64,000 nucleotides of DNA from Eledone cirrhosa (Eukaryota). How positions within the stretch are numbered: position 1 is the stretch's first letter; each line of letters opens with the position of its first letter. Position numbers and translations under genes: made by a program. The DNA is taken from contig OZ024741.1 in the NCBI GenBank assembly GCA_964016885.1, forward strand, positions 308,326,001 through 308,390,000. Direction: 5' to 3'. Of this stretch, positions 41,876 through 56,776 are shown piece by piece. The notes beneath the pieces were generated by a model. It was not told where the DNA came from. It did not search any database and saw only the letters and a program-made list of their open reading frames with translations.

Positions 41876-42953
41876 ATTATCATAGTCCTCATTCTTATCA
41901 TCGTAATAATTGACAACGTTACTATCAACTACATCATCATTAACATCATGAAGACCACAACCAACACCTCCACCACTACCACCATCAACGCCACCTTCGC
42001 CACCACCTCCACTGACTCTTCCCCACTTCCCTATCACCGTCGCCAGCATACACATCCACTACCTTCTTCACATCCAACCACTTCCCCAAATCCAAAATGT
42101 CGTCCGTGTTACTATTTGCTTTTCCAACCGTGTCCTTCAAACCACCGCGCCCCCTATGCACTCTCTTTTCTTAATGTTATAATTTTTTTTCGTATTTTTT
42201 TTTTTTTACACTCTCGCGCCCCCGCCTTGAAATTTCTTGTCACCCCTCCTCTGCCCTTCCTCTACCCTACCTCTACCCTACCCTTATCTCTAATTTGGTT
42301 CCTAATTAGGTTCTGATGCTATGTACACGTGTAACGTGTGTCCGTGTGTCCGTGTGTATGCTTGTGTATTCATGGTTGTGTATGAATGGGTATATATGAG
42401 CATGTGTGTATGAGTGTGTGGTGGGTCTTTCTCTTTAAGGGCTCTCTCTAAGGACCTTTTTTTTTATAGACGCAGTCTGCCTTATGTCTTGTATCTAAAG
42501 TGCTGCCTTCTGTCTTGTAATAAGAGTTAGTTCTATTCGTGTGAACCTTTCAATGACTGTCCTTTTGTTTTCATTTGTACGTGATATTACTGTTGTTGTA
42601 GTTATTGTAGTAGCAAGTGTTGTTGTAGATGTTTTGTTGTTGTTGTTTAGACACAGGTCAGTCCAGATTCAGCAGCGGTATCTATGATCAATGGTACTGT
42701 AGCAATGAAATTCCTTTCTGTTTCTTTTCAAACAGAATAGCTAGAACTACAATTATAAGATGATAAACATATGGCTGCTCATGATGTTGTTGCAGTTGTT
42801 GTTGCTGTTGTTTTGTAGCCCTAGGTCGGCCGAAATCGTTTATTCCCATAGCCTCCAGTTTAATGACCGAATGACGATCCAATTTCCAATTTATCCCATG
42901 CTTTTCTGTAGGGGAGGACTATAAAGCACTTTCCGAAATGTAGGGTTGAATCC

Positions 42954-42992
<39 letters not shown>

Positions 42993-43166
42993 TCACACAC
43001 ACACTCACTACTATCCAATCTATTTATGTACCACATTGGCTTGGTGTTATGCTTGTTATAGTTTCCGTTGTCTCTTAGTATTATATTATTTTAAAACTAC
43101 CATAGTACCTGTCAAAAGTGACAGAGTCTATAGTAAAAGACACTCGAATCTGCAAATTTTGCCTTA

Positions 43167-43197
<31 letters not shown>

Positions 43198-44245
43198 CTT
43201 CTTCTTCTTCTTCTTCAGAAGTAGTAGTAGTAGTTGTTGTTCTAGTAATAGTAATAGTAGCAGTGATAGCATCAAATCCGCCGTCACTATCGTTGTCACA
43301 GTAGCAGTAATAAGAATGTTTTTTAATGTCTATGTGTGTGTGCGTGTGTATGTATGTGCATATGAAAACCTTTATATGAATGAGTATATAAAGATAAACG
43401 CGCAAACACAGACACACTTACAAAAATACACACTCACAGACATACATTCACACGAACACACACATGCATTCACATAAACACACACACTCACATACATTTA
43501 CACATACACTCACACACAGCGTAGCAAATAGCACGCCAGCCACTTTTTACCATAGTTTTTTCACCATCCCCTTTCTTCCTTTTACACACACACATACATT
43601 CACACAAACACACACACACACATTGTGTGACGGACGAATGGAAGTCGCTCAAATTTATGTATAGATTGATATATAAAATAGATCAGTCGTTATAGTTCAG
43701 CTGTTCATATGTTCTCTTCACAATCATTAGCTCTTCTCGGTTTCGATCTTAGTGCGTGGTATCATGAGCAAGTGACCCAAGCTTCGTAAGTGAAACTGGG
43801 TAAACGGAAACTATGTGGAGGCTCATCGTATGGATTGTACCCGTAATTCAAAGTTCAGCGTTGTGATATATCCCGTTACGCTGATTTGGCTTAGGAATTG
43901 TGTTATGGTAGGCGTTTCAACCACTCGACCCGCGAGATGCATGTGGCTTACAAACTACTTTTCTATAGCAGAACAATTTAGGTGGCCAATAGTTTCCTAA
44001 AATGTGGTCATGATTCCCTCGCCTTTCTATATTCGGGCTACAGAAACAGTATTAAGCTTCATCTGCCAATCTATTGCAAACAGACGATCGATTTTAAGAC
44101 CAGTCAGGGTCCAACCGTGTTTCTACCCAGGGAAGGGTATATTGTCCTTTGATATTTCAGTCGCTTTCATTTCAAGACCAAGGGATGAAAAGTAGGAATA
44201 TGTATATAATGTTATGTACAATTAAAAGCATTATTAATGGGAACG

Positions 44246-44434
44246 GCGGTGGATTGGCAGTGCCGGTAGAGGGTCGGACACTATGCTTTGACGTATAGAG
44301 TTACGCCCCTTGCCGTTCTGAGTTCTAATCGCGCCGAGGTTAACTTTGCCTTTCATCCTTACGGGGTCGATAAAATAAAGTACCAGTAATGTACTGAGGT
44401 AATTGCTGGCCTTGTGCCAAAAGTAGAAACAATT
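44246..44434 (+). mobile_element. Full tRNA-derived SINE with TSD
   Basis: TSD ATTAATGGGAACG at 44233-44245 and 44435-44447. Confidence 0.92.
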
Positions 44435-44601
44435 ATTAATGGGAACGTTAGTGAAATCTTCATCGGCTTGTTTCAAAGATCTGTTGTGGTGGAGGGATGA
44501 GAGATGTTATAGAAATCTAACTCACACAACAGAACATGAAGAACATTTTTTCTTTCATAATGTGAAAAGGGCTAGATTTAACAACTCATATTGGCGTAGA
44601 G

Positions 44602-44945
44602 CAGGGGCGTGCAACAAGTGGCCCGCGGGCCACAATCCGGCCGCCAGACCAGTCAGAGTAGCCCGCGATGACCGTTTTTTATTTTTTACCCTGTAGGCTT
44701 ATTTAGAATTTTTTTAGTAACCAGACATTGATAAATTGTGCAAAAAACAGCAAATACCAAGTCTCACATTAAATAAAACTATATTATATTATATTTGTCT
44801 TTATTGTTTAAAAATATATTCACAATGTATTTATGACTCAATCTACTGGTTTTCATTAGATTACATATTTTTGACAGTGACTGGCCCTAATAGTTGTTCC
44901 AATGTTCAAAAGTGGCCCGCCAATGGGATATGTTGCACACCCTTG
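44602..44945 (+). mobile_element. hAT (Charlie-like) MITE
   Basis: TIRs CAGGGGCGTGCAACA/TGTTGCACACCCTTG and a perfect 8-bp TSD GCGTAGAG. Confidence 0.9.
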
Positions 44946-45544
44946 GCGTAGAGGATGTACTCGAGGTGACAAATAACTAACACGCAACAGAACATAAGGA
45001 AATTTGTTTTACTTCATAAGGTAAGAAATAGATTTGTCAACTCATATAGCCATGTAGAAGGTTTACCTGTGATGACAGGCAACGCACAGAGATAGAAAAT
45101 CATAGAAAATGTTTGAGAGCCGATTGATAAATAAACAGAAATTTTGACGAAGGACGTATTTCTTTGGTCAACAAAATAATTGAAAAAAAAAAATATTGAC
45201 GATGTCAAAGAAAAGAAGAATTACCGAAGAGAACCAAAGTTTTCAAGAAAAGTGGAAATATTTGTATTTTTGTAATAGAGGTAAAAGATAAAGTACAATG
45301 CTTTATATGCTTGCATAATATTGCCGTACAAAATGAATACAACATAATGAGACATTATAAACAATACACATTGTTCAGGTGTATGGGCCCGTGACTCCTG
45401 ATAGAATCGTAGGGGAGGAGCCGCATTAACATAGGGCGTTTTGGGGGCATTTTAAGCCTGGCGGCGCCCATCCAGGCCTGAGTATAGCAGATTTCTTTCA
45501 GAGAAAGATAGAAAGTGAGAGAGAGGAAATAAGAAATAGATATA

Positions 45545-45710
45545 GAGGAAGAATCGATCCCAGTACTAAACTGGTACTTTTTTTATCGACCTCGAAAGGA
45601 TGAAAGGCAAAGTTGACCTCGGCAGGATTTGAACTCAGAGAGTAGAGAGCCGGAAGGAATACCACAAAGCATTCTATCTGACGTTCTAACGACTCTGCCA
45701 ATTCGCCGCC
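45545..45710 (-). mobile_element. tRNA-derived SINE (related subfamily)
   Basis: Reverse-complement core GATGAAAGGCAAAGTTGACCTCGGC, head GGCGGCGAATTGGCAGA. Confidence 0.85.
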
Positions 45711-45834
45711 TACACTCATCAGTATAACGTATTAAATGCGCGGTCATTATGAGAAAGTTGACAAAATTTCAATGTCACGGAATATATTGGATTTATTATA
45801 TATGAAGGGAACAGTAACAGGTCGAGATATATTT

Positions 45835-46375
45835 ACTACTTACTACTAATTTGACGCTAAACTCCGCCAGTTGCAGACTGCACATCAACATAAGATATCT
45901 CTCTCCTCAAAGTTCGATCACCAGCAGCAGAGTTCAAAGAGCAAAGATCAAGTCCAGTCCATGAATTGACATTGTCAAGCCATCGTTTTGGCTGCCGGCT
46001 TCTGCTTCTCTTACCAGCCAACCTTCCTTCCAAGCATAACCTACTCACACAACGAGTTGATCTTTTTATATGGCCGTATAGTTTCAGTACTCTTGACTTG
46101 ACAATTGATATATTTGGTCTCAGTTTGGTAATGTTGAGCAGCTCACTGATACAGATACGGTCGCTGAGCCGCTTGCCAGTCATAAGTCTCATGACGTGGT
46201 TCTGGAATGTAGAGAGCTTCTGAAGTGACCTTGTCGTCCAATTAACACAGTCAAGACCATATAACACAACTGGTCGGATGTAAGTATCAAAGATCTTAGC
46301 CTTCAAATGATAGGAAACTTGTTTTGATGTTAGTACTTCCTTGTTCTTGTTGAAAGCTGCCCAACCTAGAGCGAT
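45835..46375 (-). mobile_element. RTE-clade LINE 3' fragment
   Basis: KAKIFDTYIRPVVLYG...LKLYGHIKR...LEGRLAGKRSRSRQPKRWLDNV, followed by a short TAG-type tail. Confidence 0.85.
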
Positions 46376-47064
46376 ATATTTAGAGATATAGTTAGTGAAC
46401 TATAAAGGAGCGTTGGCCAAGCAGGATTGAATTAGATGAAACTGGTGTCAGTGGCAACAAACAGTGCATCTGTATGTATTTTAAAAAGGTGGGTTTAGAA
46501 GGGCTTCATAAAGAAAAGCTGACAATCTTGGTGTGCCCATCTCTGCTATCATTTGCATTCTGCATCAAAAAAGCACAGTATGGGATGTAAACGCATTGTG
46601 GATAAATGTTGTTTTTATTTTCCGTTTTAATAATATTTATAGTACAATCTATTGCATTTTATCCATGAAAATGGATAAAAACGTAATTTAACAAACGTGA
46701 AAATTGAAAAGGAAGAAATTACCAAAAGGAAAAGCAGAAAATGTGTTCCTCTACTTTTGGTACTAATTCACAAACCCCACTTACTTTCATATGTTTATTC
46801 ATTTTGATGGAAAAAATAATAAATTAGCATTGTAACTGATTGAAATGACGCCTCCCGTTCTTCAACTCACTTTCGGACCTGTATGTCTCTTCTCAGGATA
46901 CAATGGCTATTTTGAGTCTTTGAGATTGAGACACAAGCGTTAAGGGCACACGTGTCTGAGGAATATTCAAACGTTAATTTGTTTGATCAACCTAATGCTT
47001 ATCGTCGAAATTGATAGAGAAGCCATCCTTATATATCTTATTATTGTGTTTTAAGTGAAGACTT

Positions 47065-47437
47065 TGGATTGGCAGTATCGGTGGAGCGTCGGACAACATG
47101 CTTTTTGGCATAGGGTTACGGCCCTTTCCGATCTGAGTTTAAGTCCTGCCGAGGTTAGCTTTGTCTTTCATCCTTACAGGGTCGATAAAATAAAGTACCA
47201 GTAATGCAATTTAATCGAATTTCCCCTCCCCAAAGTGTTGGCCTTGTGCCTAAATCAGAAACCATCGGTAGAGCATCAGACAACATGCTTTACAGCATAG
47301 AGTTATAGCCCTTTACATTCTGATTTCAAATCCCTCCGTGGTTAACTTTGCCTTTCGTCCTTACGGGGTCGTTACAATAAAGTACCAGTAATGTACTGGG
47401 TATTTGCTGGCCTTGTGACAAAAGTAGAAACAATTAT
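47065..47437 (+). mobile_element. Two tandem tRNA-derived SINEs
   Basis: Two consecutive SINE consensus matches. Confidence 0.88.
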
Positions 47438-47989
47438 TATATTTTAAGTAAATATTTTGTTATTGAAGCAGTTAATGCATGGTGGTGATGATGATGGTAG
47501 GGGTGGATGGGTGGTGGAGGGATGCTAGTGTGGGTTGGGGAAGGGAGAGTGGCGGTGGAGACGTGTGGTGGTTGGGTAGTGGTAAAGGTAGTAGTGGTTA
47601 TGGTGGTAATGACTATTGTGTGTCAGGTTGATAAATAGCTGAACCTGGGTTTGCGTGCTTTAGGGTCTGTTATACTGAATCATTATATCAGTGGTGTTCA
47701 TTCAATATTTTAACAAGTTATTTCGGGAACAATGCAATATAGTATGCCACATCGCAAGAGGAAAACAAACAAATATATTAAATATATTTTTCAAATAAAT
47801 GTACAATTAAAACCAACAAAATAAATAAACAACGACGAATTTAACGCATGTTTATGTTGATTTTTTCTCTTTCTTTTAAATCCAAAATGGATAGGAAATG
47901 GAATAGAATCCACGCCAAAATAAAAGGCCACGAAAAACCCCCCTCTGAGGATAAAAGACACAAATAAACATGGCTGCCCCTGAAAAGAA

Positions 47990-48056
<67 letters not shown>

Positions 48057-48323
48057 ATTTATATATATATAGTATCTTCCATTTTGGAAGTGTACAATTC
48101 TAAGCATGGAATTGTTATTGTTTTAAAATTTCCTTTGCTTGCTTTGCTGGCTTGTTTGTGGCTAGCCTGCTTTTGTTAACCAATCAACAAAACAATCAGC
48201 ATTTGATCTCGGCTCGTTGAGTTTTTAAGATCAAATGAGAGTTAAAAATTATACACACACACACACTCACATATATATATATATATATATATGTATATAA
48301 ACACTCGCGCGTGCACACATACA

Positions 48324-48448
<125 letters not shown>

Positions 48449-48503
48449 ACACTCGCACGCACACACATATACGCACACAACGCACACATACACACACACA
48501 AGC

Positions 48504-48630
<127 letters not shown>

Positions 48631-48720
48631 TATAAGCACTCGCACGCACACACGCACATACACAAACACACACACATATATATATATACATATTTCTATA
48701 TGTGCATGTGTGCGAGTGTT

Positions 48721-48754
<34 letters not shown>

Positions 48755-49513
48755 CGTATGTGTGTGTGCGAGTGTTTATATACATGTGTGTGTAATAAAA
48801 AAAATTACCTCCCCATGAAAAAATAATTTTCACAGAAGCAAAAAATAAATTAATCAATAAATAAATATACTAAAATCATTAACAAGAATATTGTAAACAA
48901 CAACAATGACAACAACAACAACATCAATAAACAAGGTAACAATAAACAAGACTAACTAAATCAACAACACCAAAGATGACGACCAGCAACAACAACAACA
49001 ACAGCAACAACAATAAGAACGACAATTATAACAATAACAAAGAATAACAATATCAACCATAAAAAAACAACACTAAATAAATCAACAACAAAGTTGACTG
49101 CCAATACCAGCACTGGAACCGACACCAACAACAACAACAACAACAAAGACAACGACCACCAACAAAAACAACAATAACAACAACAACAACAACACCAGCT
49201 CTGACACCAACATCGAACAACAACCTCACCAACAATAACAACAACAACAACACCAGCTCTGACCCAACATGAACAACAATAAGAACAACACCAGCTCTAA
49301 CACCAACATCAACAACCTCACCAACAACAACAATAACAATGACGTGAATAAAACAATGAAATAAGCCAGAACAACTTGTTATAAATAATCTTGATAATTA
49401 TTTTGCGCACTTTCACTAATAAAAAAAATGTTACGTTAAAAATGTTTTTTAAATGTAAAAACAAAAGTCTTTAAACCCATCCAGACACACATATAACCAG
49501 ACTTAACATAAAC

Positions 49514-49696
49514 ACATACATACATACATACATACATACATACATACATACATACATACATACATACATGCATGCATACATACATACATACATACATACA
49601 TACATACATACATACATACATACATGCATACATACATACATACATACATACATACATACATGCATGCATGCATACATACATGCATACATACATACA

Positions 49697-49730
<34 letters not shown>

Positions 49731-49877
49731 CATACATACATACATGCATACATACATACATACATACATACATACATACATACATGCATGCATGCATGCA
49801 TACATACATACATACATACATACATACATACATACATACATACATACATACATACATGCAGGCATACATACACACAC

Positions 49878-49910
<33 letters not shown>

Positions 49911-50865
49911 CATACATACATACATGCATGCATACATACATACACACATACATACATACATGCATACATACATGCATACATACATACATACATGCCTACA
50001 TACATGCATACATGCATACATATATACATGCATACATACATACATACATACATGCATACATACATACATACATACATACATACATACATACATGCATACA
50101 TACATACATATATACATACATACATACATACATACATACATACATACATACATACACACACACATACATACATACAGTATCAAAGACATACAGACACACA
50201 GTCACATAGACACAGACATACATATATTCAGTCACATAAACACATAGACAAACATACGTACAGTCACACAGATACACAGATATACAGACACACATACATA
50301 CAGTCGCATAGGCAGATAGACAAACAGACGTACAGTAACACAGACACATAAGCACAAAGACAAACAATCACACAGTCACACAGTCACACAAACATACATC
50401 CACACACGCACACACACACACACACACAGAGGCACACACACAGTCACACAGTCACTCTGTCATACAGTCATACCGGCACACAGTCACACAGTCACACAGT
50501 CACACAGTCACACAGTCACACAGTCACAGTCACACCGTCATACAGTCACACAGTCACACAGACACACAGACAGACAGTTACACAGACAGACAGTCACACA
50601 GACAGACAGTCACACACAGTCACAGTCTCAGTCACACAGACACACAGTCACATAGACAGACAGCCACACAGTCACACAGTCACACAGTCACACAAACAGA
50701 CAGTCACACACAGTCACACAGTCACAGTCACACAGTCACACAGACACACGGTCACACAGTCACACAGTCACACGGTCACACAGTCACACAGTCACACAGT
50801 CACACAGTCACACAGTCACACAGTCACAGTCACAGTCACACGGTCACACAGTCATACAGTCATAC
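49514..50865. repeat. (TACA)n array (~49514-50175) grading into (CAGTCACA)n (~50370-50865)
   Basis: Seen directly. Confidence 0.95.
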
Positions 50866-51809
50866 AAGCACAAAGACCATCAAAAATAAGCAAGTATAAT
50901 TTAAAAAAAAAATTTTTTAAACTGGTTATAAATTAAAAAATTCCATCATAATAAATATGAAATACACAGTGATGTGTTTATTATTAGTAATGCACTGGAT
51001 AATTGCTGGCCTTGTGCCTAAAGTAGAAACAATTATTATTGTCACTGTAATTATTATCATCTGTATTATTGTTGTTGTTACTGTTGTTGTTGACGTTGGT
51101 GTTGGTGGTGGTGTTGGTGGTGGTGGTAATGGTGTTGTTGTTGTTGTTGTTGTTTTTATTGTTCTTGTTGTTGCAACCTTTTGTCTTTTAATGAAAGTCT
51201 ATAAAATAAAGTGAAATAAAACCGGAAGCAAATTTAGTGGAACATCCGGTCCACGTGGTTATTTTAAGGTAGTGTTTTGGGTGGGGTGAGAATTAAGGGA
51301 GGATACAGAAAAAAACAAAAGAGAAAGGAGATTGTAATAAGGAAAGCAAAAAATAATATAATATATATGTATGTGTGTGTGTATGTGTGTGTGTGTGTAC
51401 ATAAGCACATACAAGCATACATGCATACACGCATACATACATACATACATACATACATACATACATACATACATACATACATACATACATACATACATAC
51501 ATACATACATACGTATGTTCGTACTTACATACATACATAATGGCTGCAAACTCTGCTAAGAGTACTGCAATCGCTTGTCAGATTAAAGAGTTTGGTACAC
51601 TTTTAAGCAACCCCCAGGCAAACGAACCTATAACATATCCAGAACAAGGAATGCTTGTGCTTTCAAGGGTTTTTAAGTGGGGAAAGGCCTTGCACTCGAC
51701 CAATCCCACTCTCTGAGCATCGAAAACACTACCCGAAAAGGAGAACTGGTCAACATCATCGGATGCTTCCGAAGAAGTAGGTTTTTTTTCAGAGTTTCCT
51801 ACTCTCGGT

Positions 51810-53730
51810 AGTATCTAACCTTCCGCACTAGTTCCTTCTCCTTGCCTGTAAGGGTTGTGATGTTCCAGATTCCAATTGTTACGGTTTTCTCCCTTTCGAA
51901 CCCTCTTTGGGGTCTCTGGATATACAATCTTTGTACATCCATTCCCATGCCTCCCAGGTCAGGTCGCAAGTCCATCATCAGCTTTTACAGCATCAGATGG
52001 AGACTGCAAAACATTTTTCGAACAGGCCTGGTATTATTGTCTCCGATCTCTTTGATTCTGTGCTGGGTGTTCGTGTTAAGAGAAGGACTGAACTGTCAAC
52101 CGATCACCATCTACTTAACTGTTACTTGAGACTACCTAATGTCCTGGAAGCCCACAAAACTGGCAAGTCCAGGTCGACTTGCAGAATAAAATGGAAAGTT
52201 ATGATGGATACGGAAGTCGGGACCGTATATGCGGATATTATTGCCTCCAAATTTAAAGATCTCCCTGAGCAAACAGAGAACGTATCTGCTTCAGCTGTTA
52301 AATGCTGCGAGTTTGGAGTGACGCCGGATGACTCCTTGAATCAATGAAGAGGTTAAAGATGCCATCCAAGCAAATGAGGAGGCCTACAAAACTTGGCTTG
52401 GAAATATGTCCTGCATGTACTTGCGGTACAAGCAGACGCAAAATGTCGCAGCAGAGAGAGTAAAGGCATCCAAAGTTAAAACTTTGGGGTTAAGCTGGAA
52501 TCCGACTTCGAATTAGCAAATAAAGTGTTCTGGCAGATCACTCCCCCCCCCCCCCCGACATCTTTATAAGAAGACCTCCTCCATACCTGCTATCAGGAAC
52601 GTGTCTGGGATTCTCCTTTCTTCAGAGAGGTGCATCCTCACGAGATGGAGAGAATACTTTGCTGATTTCCTACAACCGGTCACAACAGTATCTTCTGATG
52701 AACACAAGGTGTATCTGGGATTAATGATTAATCTCTGAGGCTGAGGTCACAAAGCAATTAAAGAGCTCAAATGCGGCTAAGCCGCTGGGAAGGATGAAAT
52801 TCCACCCGAGATGTTAAAAGCCTTAAATAAAGAAGATATTCTCTGACGGACTCGTGTGCCGTGTGGCTTTGATTTCAGTAAATGAACTTAGGCAATGGCA
52901 ATCTTAACTATAATAAAGAAAGGAGTGCGAGACAGCGTCCAGAATATATTTTTTTTATCCCGTTTGTAAAATAAGTTGGATTACTTTGAATAAATAATGA
53001 ATGGATATTACATAATTTATCTACTAAATTTCGTAACTCTTGATTAAATATATTTTATTGCTTATTTAAAGATTCACTTCTTTAAAATTTTCAAATGACA
53101 ACACTTCCGGTTAGCGATCGCTTATATAAACATTCATATATTTCCGTCACTAATTTTTCTCCTAATGCAGTTTATATATAATATATATTTTTTTTAATGT
53201 ATCATCGATTACGTTACTGATTACATAAGAGTGTAACGCAGACTTCGTTCAATTTCTGTGTATATTGTCAATTACGATGTTATTTGATGTATCATATCGC
53301 CATGCATATATACTTGTGTATAAATCAATATGCACACTACCGAAGGGTGGTTTTTCTGCTATTGGGAGTAATAATCCCAATTTTCAAATTGGGAAACAAG
53401 AGAAATTGTTCCAATTATGGAGGGTTCTTCTTGTTAAACCTCTCTGGTAATGTCTATGTTAAGTGTTTGATGTGTAGGGAGAATGTTGAATCCAAGCTAG
53501 CTGTTGAACAGTGTGGTTTTCGCCCCGGACACAGTACAGCCACCAAATATTCATATTGTGGCAAGTCTTTCAAAAATCGTAGTACTACTAAGAGTTGTAT
53601 GCTCGCTTCGTAGATCTCGAAAAGGCACACGGCCACGTTTCACGGGACCTGCTATGAAAAGTTCTGCAAGAGGATTGATGGACAGCTTCTTGTTTCTTTG
53701 ATGTCTCTATACGAATGCCCGTGTATTCCA
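51810..53730 (+). mobile_element. Degenerate RTE (Expander/Rex3-like) LINE with an inverted 5' piece and an internal insertion
   Basis: The + strand has VRVKRRTELSTDHHL, AAGKDEIPPEMLK, GVIIPIFK..GN...CSNY, EQCGFRPG and FVDLEKA. The - strand at 51810-51960 has TIGIWNITTLTGKEKELV (APE start). Confidence 0.8.
52902..53361 (+). mobile_element. Probable non-autonomous Helitron inserted in the RTE
   Basis: Splits RTE codons WQ|(L/M)GVIIP. 5' end TCTTAACTATAATAAAG follows an A. 3' hairpin ACTACC(gaag)GGTGGT is followed by CTA(T). No TSD. Confidence 0.55.
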
Positions 53731-54159
53731 AAATTGCTGTCTTGTGAGTTGTGTTATAATGAGTTGACATTGTTATAAGTACATTAGTGTAATCATGGGT
53801 TAACACCATCGATAAAGTGTCGGACAAAATGATTTACGGTATTTGTTCCGATTCTTTACATTCTGAGTTCAAATCCCACCGAGATCAACTTTGCTTTTCA
53901 TCGTTCAGGGGTCGATAAAATAAAGTACCATGTCAATACCATCGAGTTTCCCTGCTTAGAAATTACTGACCTTGTGCCAATATTACAAGCATTTGTTACA
54001 ACTACTACTAGTCCTTCTGCTGCTGCTGGTGATTGTTGGTTGGCCCCAGGTCAATCATAATTCAGTAAATCTTTGTTCAAAGATGTTCTAGTCATGACCA
54101 TCCCATCTTTTTTCGGGCATAATGTCTCTAGCATTAAATTATGTACCATACTCCGTTTC

Positions 54160-54222
<63 letters not shown>

Positions 54223-54437
54223 TCACACACACACTCACGCACTCACACTCACACACGCATACACAGACTCACACACACACTCACGCACTCACACTCACAC
54301 ACGCATACACAGACACACACACATACACACGCACACATAACCACATACACACATACACAAACAAGTTTGTATATAATTGATAAAATGTATGATTTGAAGT
54401 AGATTTGGTTTCTACGTTAGCAGGTCGGGCGGACGCG

Positions 54438-54465
54438 TAGCAGCTGCAGTAGTAGTAGTAGTAGC

Positions 54466-54536
<71 letters not shown>

Positions 54537-54540
54537 CGGC

Positions 54541-54590
<50 letters not shown>

Positions 54591-54639
54591 CGGCAGTAGT
54601 ACAAGTAGCAGCAGCACCAGTAGTAGTAGTAGTCGTAGC

Positions 54640-54693
<54 letters not shown>

Positions 54694-54699
54694 CGTAGC

Positions 54700-54734
<35 letters not shown>

Positions 54735-54766
54735 CAGCACCAGTAGTAGTAATAGCAGTAGTAGTT

Positions 54767-54821
<55 letters not shown>

Positions 54822-54827
54822 TAATAA

Positions 54828-54863
<36 letters not shown>

Positions 54864-54880
54864 CAGTAGTAGTAGTAGTC
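54438..54880. repeat. (TAG)n microsatellite
   Basis: Seen directly. Confidence 0.95.
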
Positions 54881-55430
54881 ATTATTATCATCTTTGTTAG
54901 TCACTCACTACACTAATTAATTTTCAGGAGGGCATGTAAACCAAACCCCCAACCCTTCACTCTCACTACCACACACCACACCAGCCAGATTTACCTTTAA
55001 GATTGTAGGATATTTAGTGTTGGAGGATGTTGTGACGTTGATGCTGATCCTGTGGTGTCACATATAATTGATATGATAGTCATCAACAGGTTGTCTTGGG
55101 TATTTTGTCTTAGTCGTATTACACAATAGAAAGTGGGAGGGAGGACAATAGAGAAGAGATGGTAGGAGTGGGTAAATGAATGAAAGAATGAGGATGGGGG
55201 GGAAACAAATATTGTAAAAAGAGGATGAATGAATGTTTCGCAACAAAAGCAGATGATTGAAATATGGTGCAAACACACACTCACATAAATACATATACTC
55301 ATATACATACATTCAAACATACATACATACACTCACATACATACACTCACATACATACATACTCACATACATACATACATACATACATACATACATACAT
55401 ACATACATACATACATACATACATACATAC

Positions 55431-56425
55431 ATGGTGGCTGCCAACTCGTTTTCGAGTACGGCCACTACTTTATATCCATGTAGGAGAACCCCTACCGATA
55501 AGTCAACATCATTGGATACCATCAGGGTTGCGGCTGTTATATCAGAGTTTTCCTTCTCCTAGAATTCTGCCTTGACAAAGGCTAAGGGGTCATCACTCCC
55601 GGTGATTTTGGATGGCCATTGACTCTTAAGAGCTCCTTTGCCATTTGACAGGTTTTGCTTTTAGTCCTGCAGGATGTCCAAAGTCACCCTCCTCACCAAG
55701 AAACCTTGGTGGGGTTGCCAGTTTAGTCGCCAACGACCCGACCATGGGACAGGTTGTACTGGGATACATGTTACCAGTAACACCAACTGGTGACCTGACC
55801 ATAATACATACATACATGGTGGCTGCCAACTCGTTTTCGAGTACGGCCGCTACCTTATATCCATGTAGGAGAACCCCTACCGATGCGCTGAACGAGTGTG
55901 ACTTTTTAGTCCAGCCAGCGACTTGAAAACTCTGGTACAAACACTACACTTGTGACAATTATTGACACATAGTGCTGGGCCCATGGTACCATGTGATGAC
56001 AAGTGCAGAGAGATCTCCAAATATAAAGCAATGCCTGTGCCGTGAAGCTTTTATAGTGAGCAAAGGCACCGCACAAAGCCAGTCCCACTCACTTAACCAA
56101 GATGATATTTATCAAAAAGAAGAACAAGTCAACATCATTGGATACCATCAGGGTTGCAGGTGTTATATCAGAGTTTTCCTTCTCCTAGAATTCTGCCTTG
56201 ACAAAGGCTAAGGAGTCATCTCTCCCGGTGATTTTGGATGGCCATTGACTCTTAAGAGCTCCTTTGCCCTTCGACAGGTTTTGTTTTTAGTCCTGCAGGA
56301 TGTCCAAAGTCACCCTCCTCACCAAGAAACCTTGGTGGGGTTGCCAGTTTAGTCGACAACGACCCGACCATGAGACAGGTTGTACTGGGATACATGTTAC
56401 AAGTAGCACCAACTGGTGACCTGAT
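55431..56425 (-). mobile_element. Tandem non-coding repeat resembling RTE 5'UTR-derived sequence
   Basis: 55500-55798 matches 56126-56424 and 55431-55499 matches 55815-55884. It shares GTCAACATCAT.GGAT and TCAGAGTTT.C with 51750-51800. Units are bounded by (TACA)n. Confidence 0.6.
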
Positions 56426-56507
56426 ATACATACATACACACATATGTACGTGCATGTATGCATGCATGCAGACATACGTACGTACGTACATATGTATATA
56501 TATGAGT

Positions 56508-56745
56508 GAAGAAGAAGAAGAAGAAGAAGAAGAAGAAGAAGAAGAAGAAGAAGAAGAAGAAGAAGAAGAAGAAGAAGAAGAAGAAGAAGAAGAAGAAGAA
56601 GAAGACGACGACGACGACGACGACGACGAAGAAGAAGAAGAAGAAGAAGAAGAAGAAGAAGAAGAAGAAGAAGAAGAAGAAGAAGAAGAAGAAGAAGAAG
56701 AAGAAGAAGAAGAAGAAGAAGAAGAAGAAGAAGAAGAAGAAGAAG

Positions 56746-56775
<30 letters not shown>
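56508..56775. repeat. (GAA)n-(GAC)n-(GAA)n microsatellite
   Basis: Seen directly. Confidence 0.97.

Positions 56776-56776
<1 letters not shown>

Noticed and set aside
40229-44951. Identical 71-87 aa ORFs on opposite strands
   Set aside because: They come from two copies of one hAT MITE.
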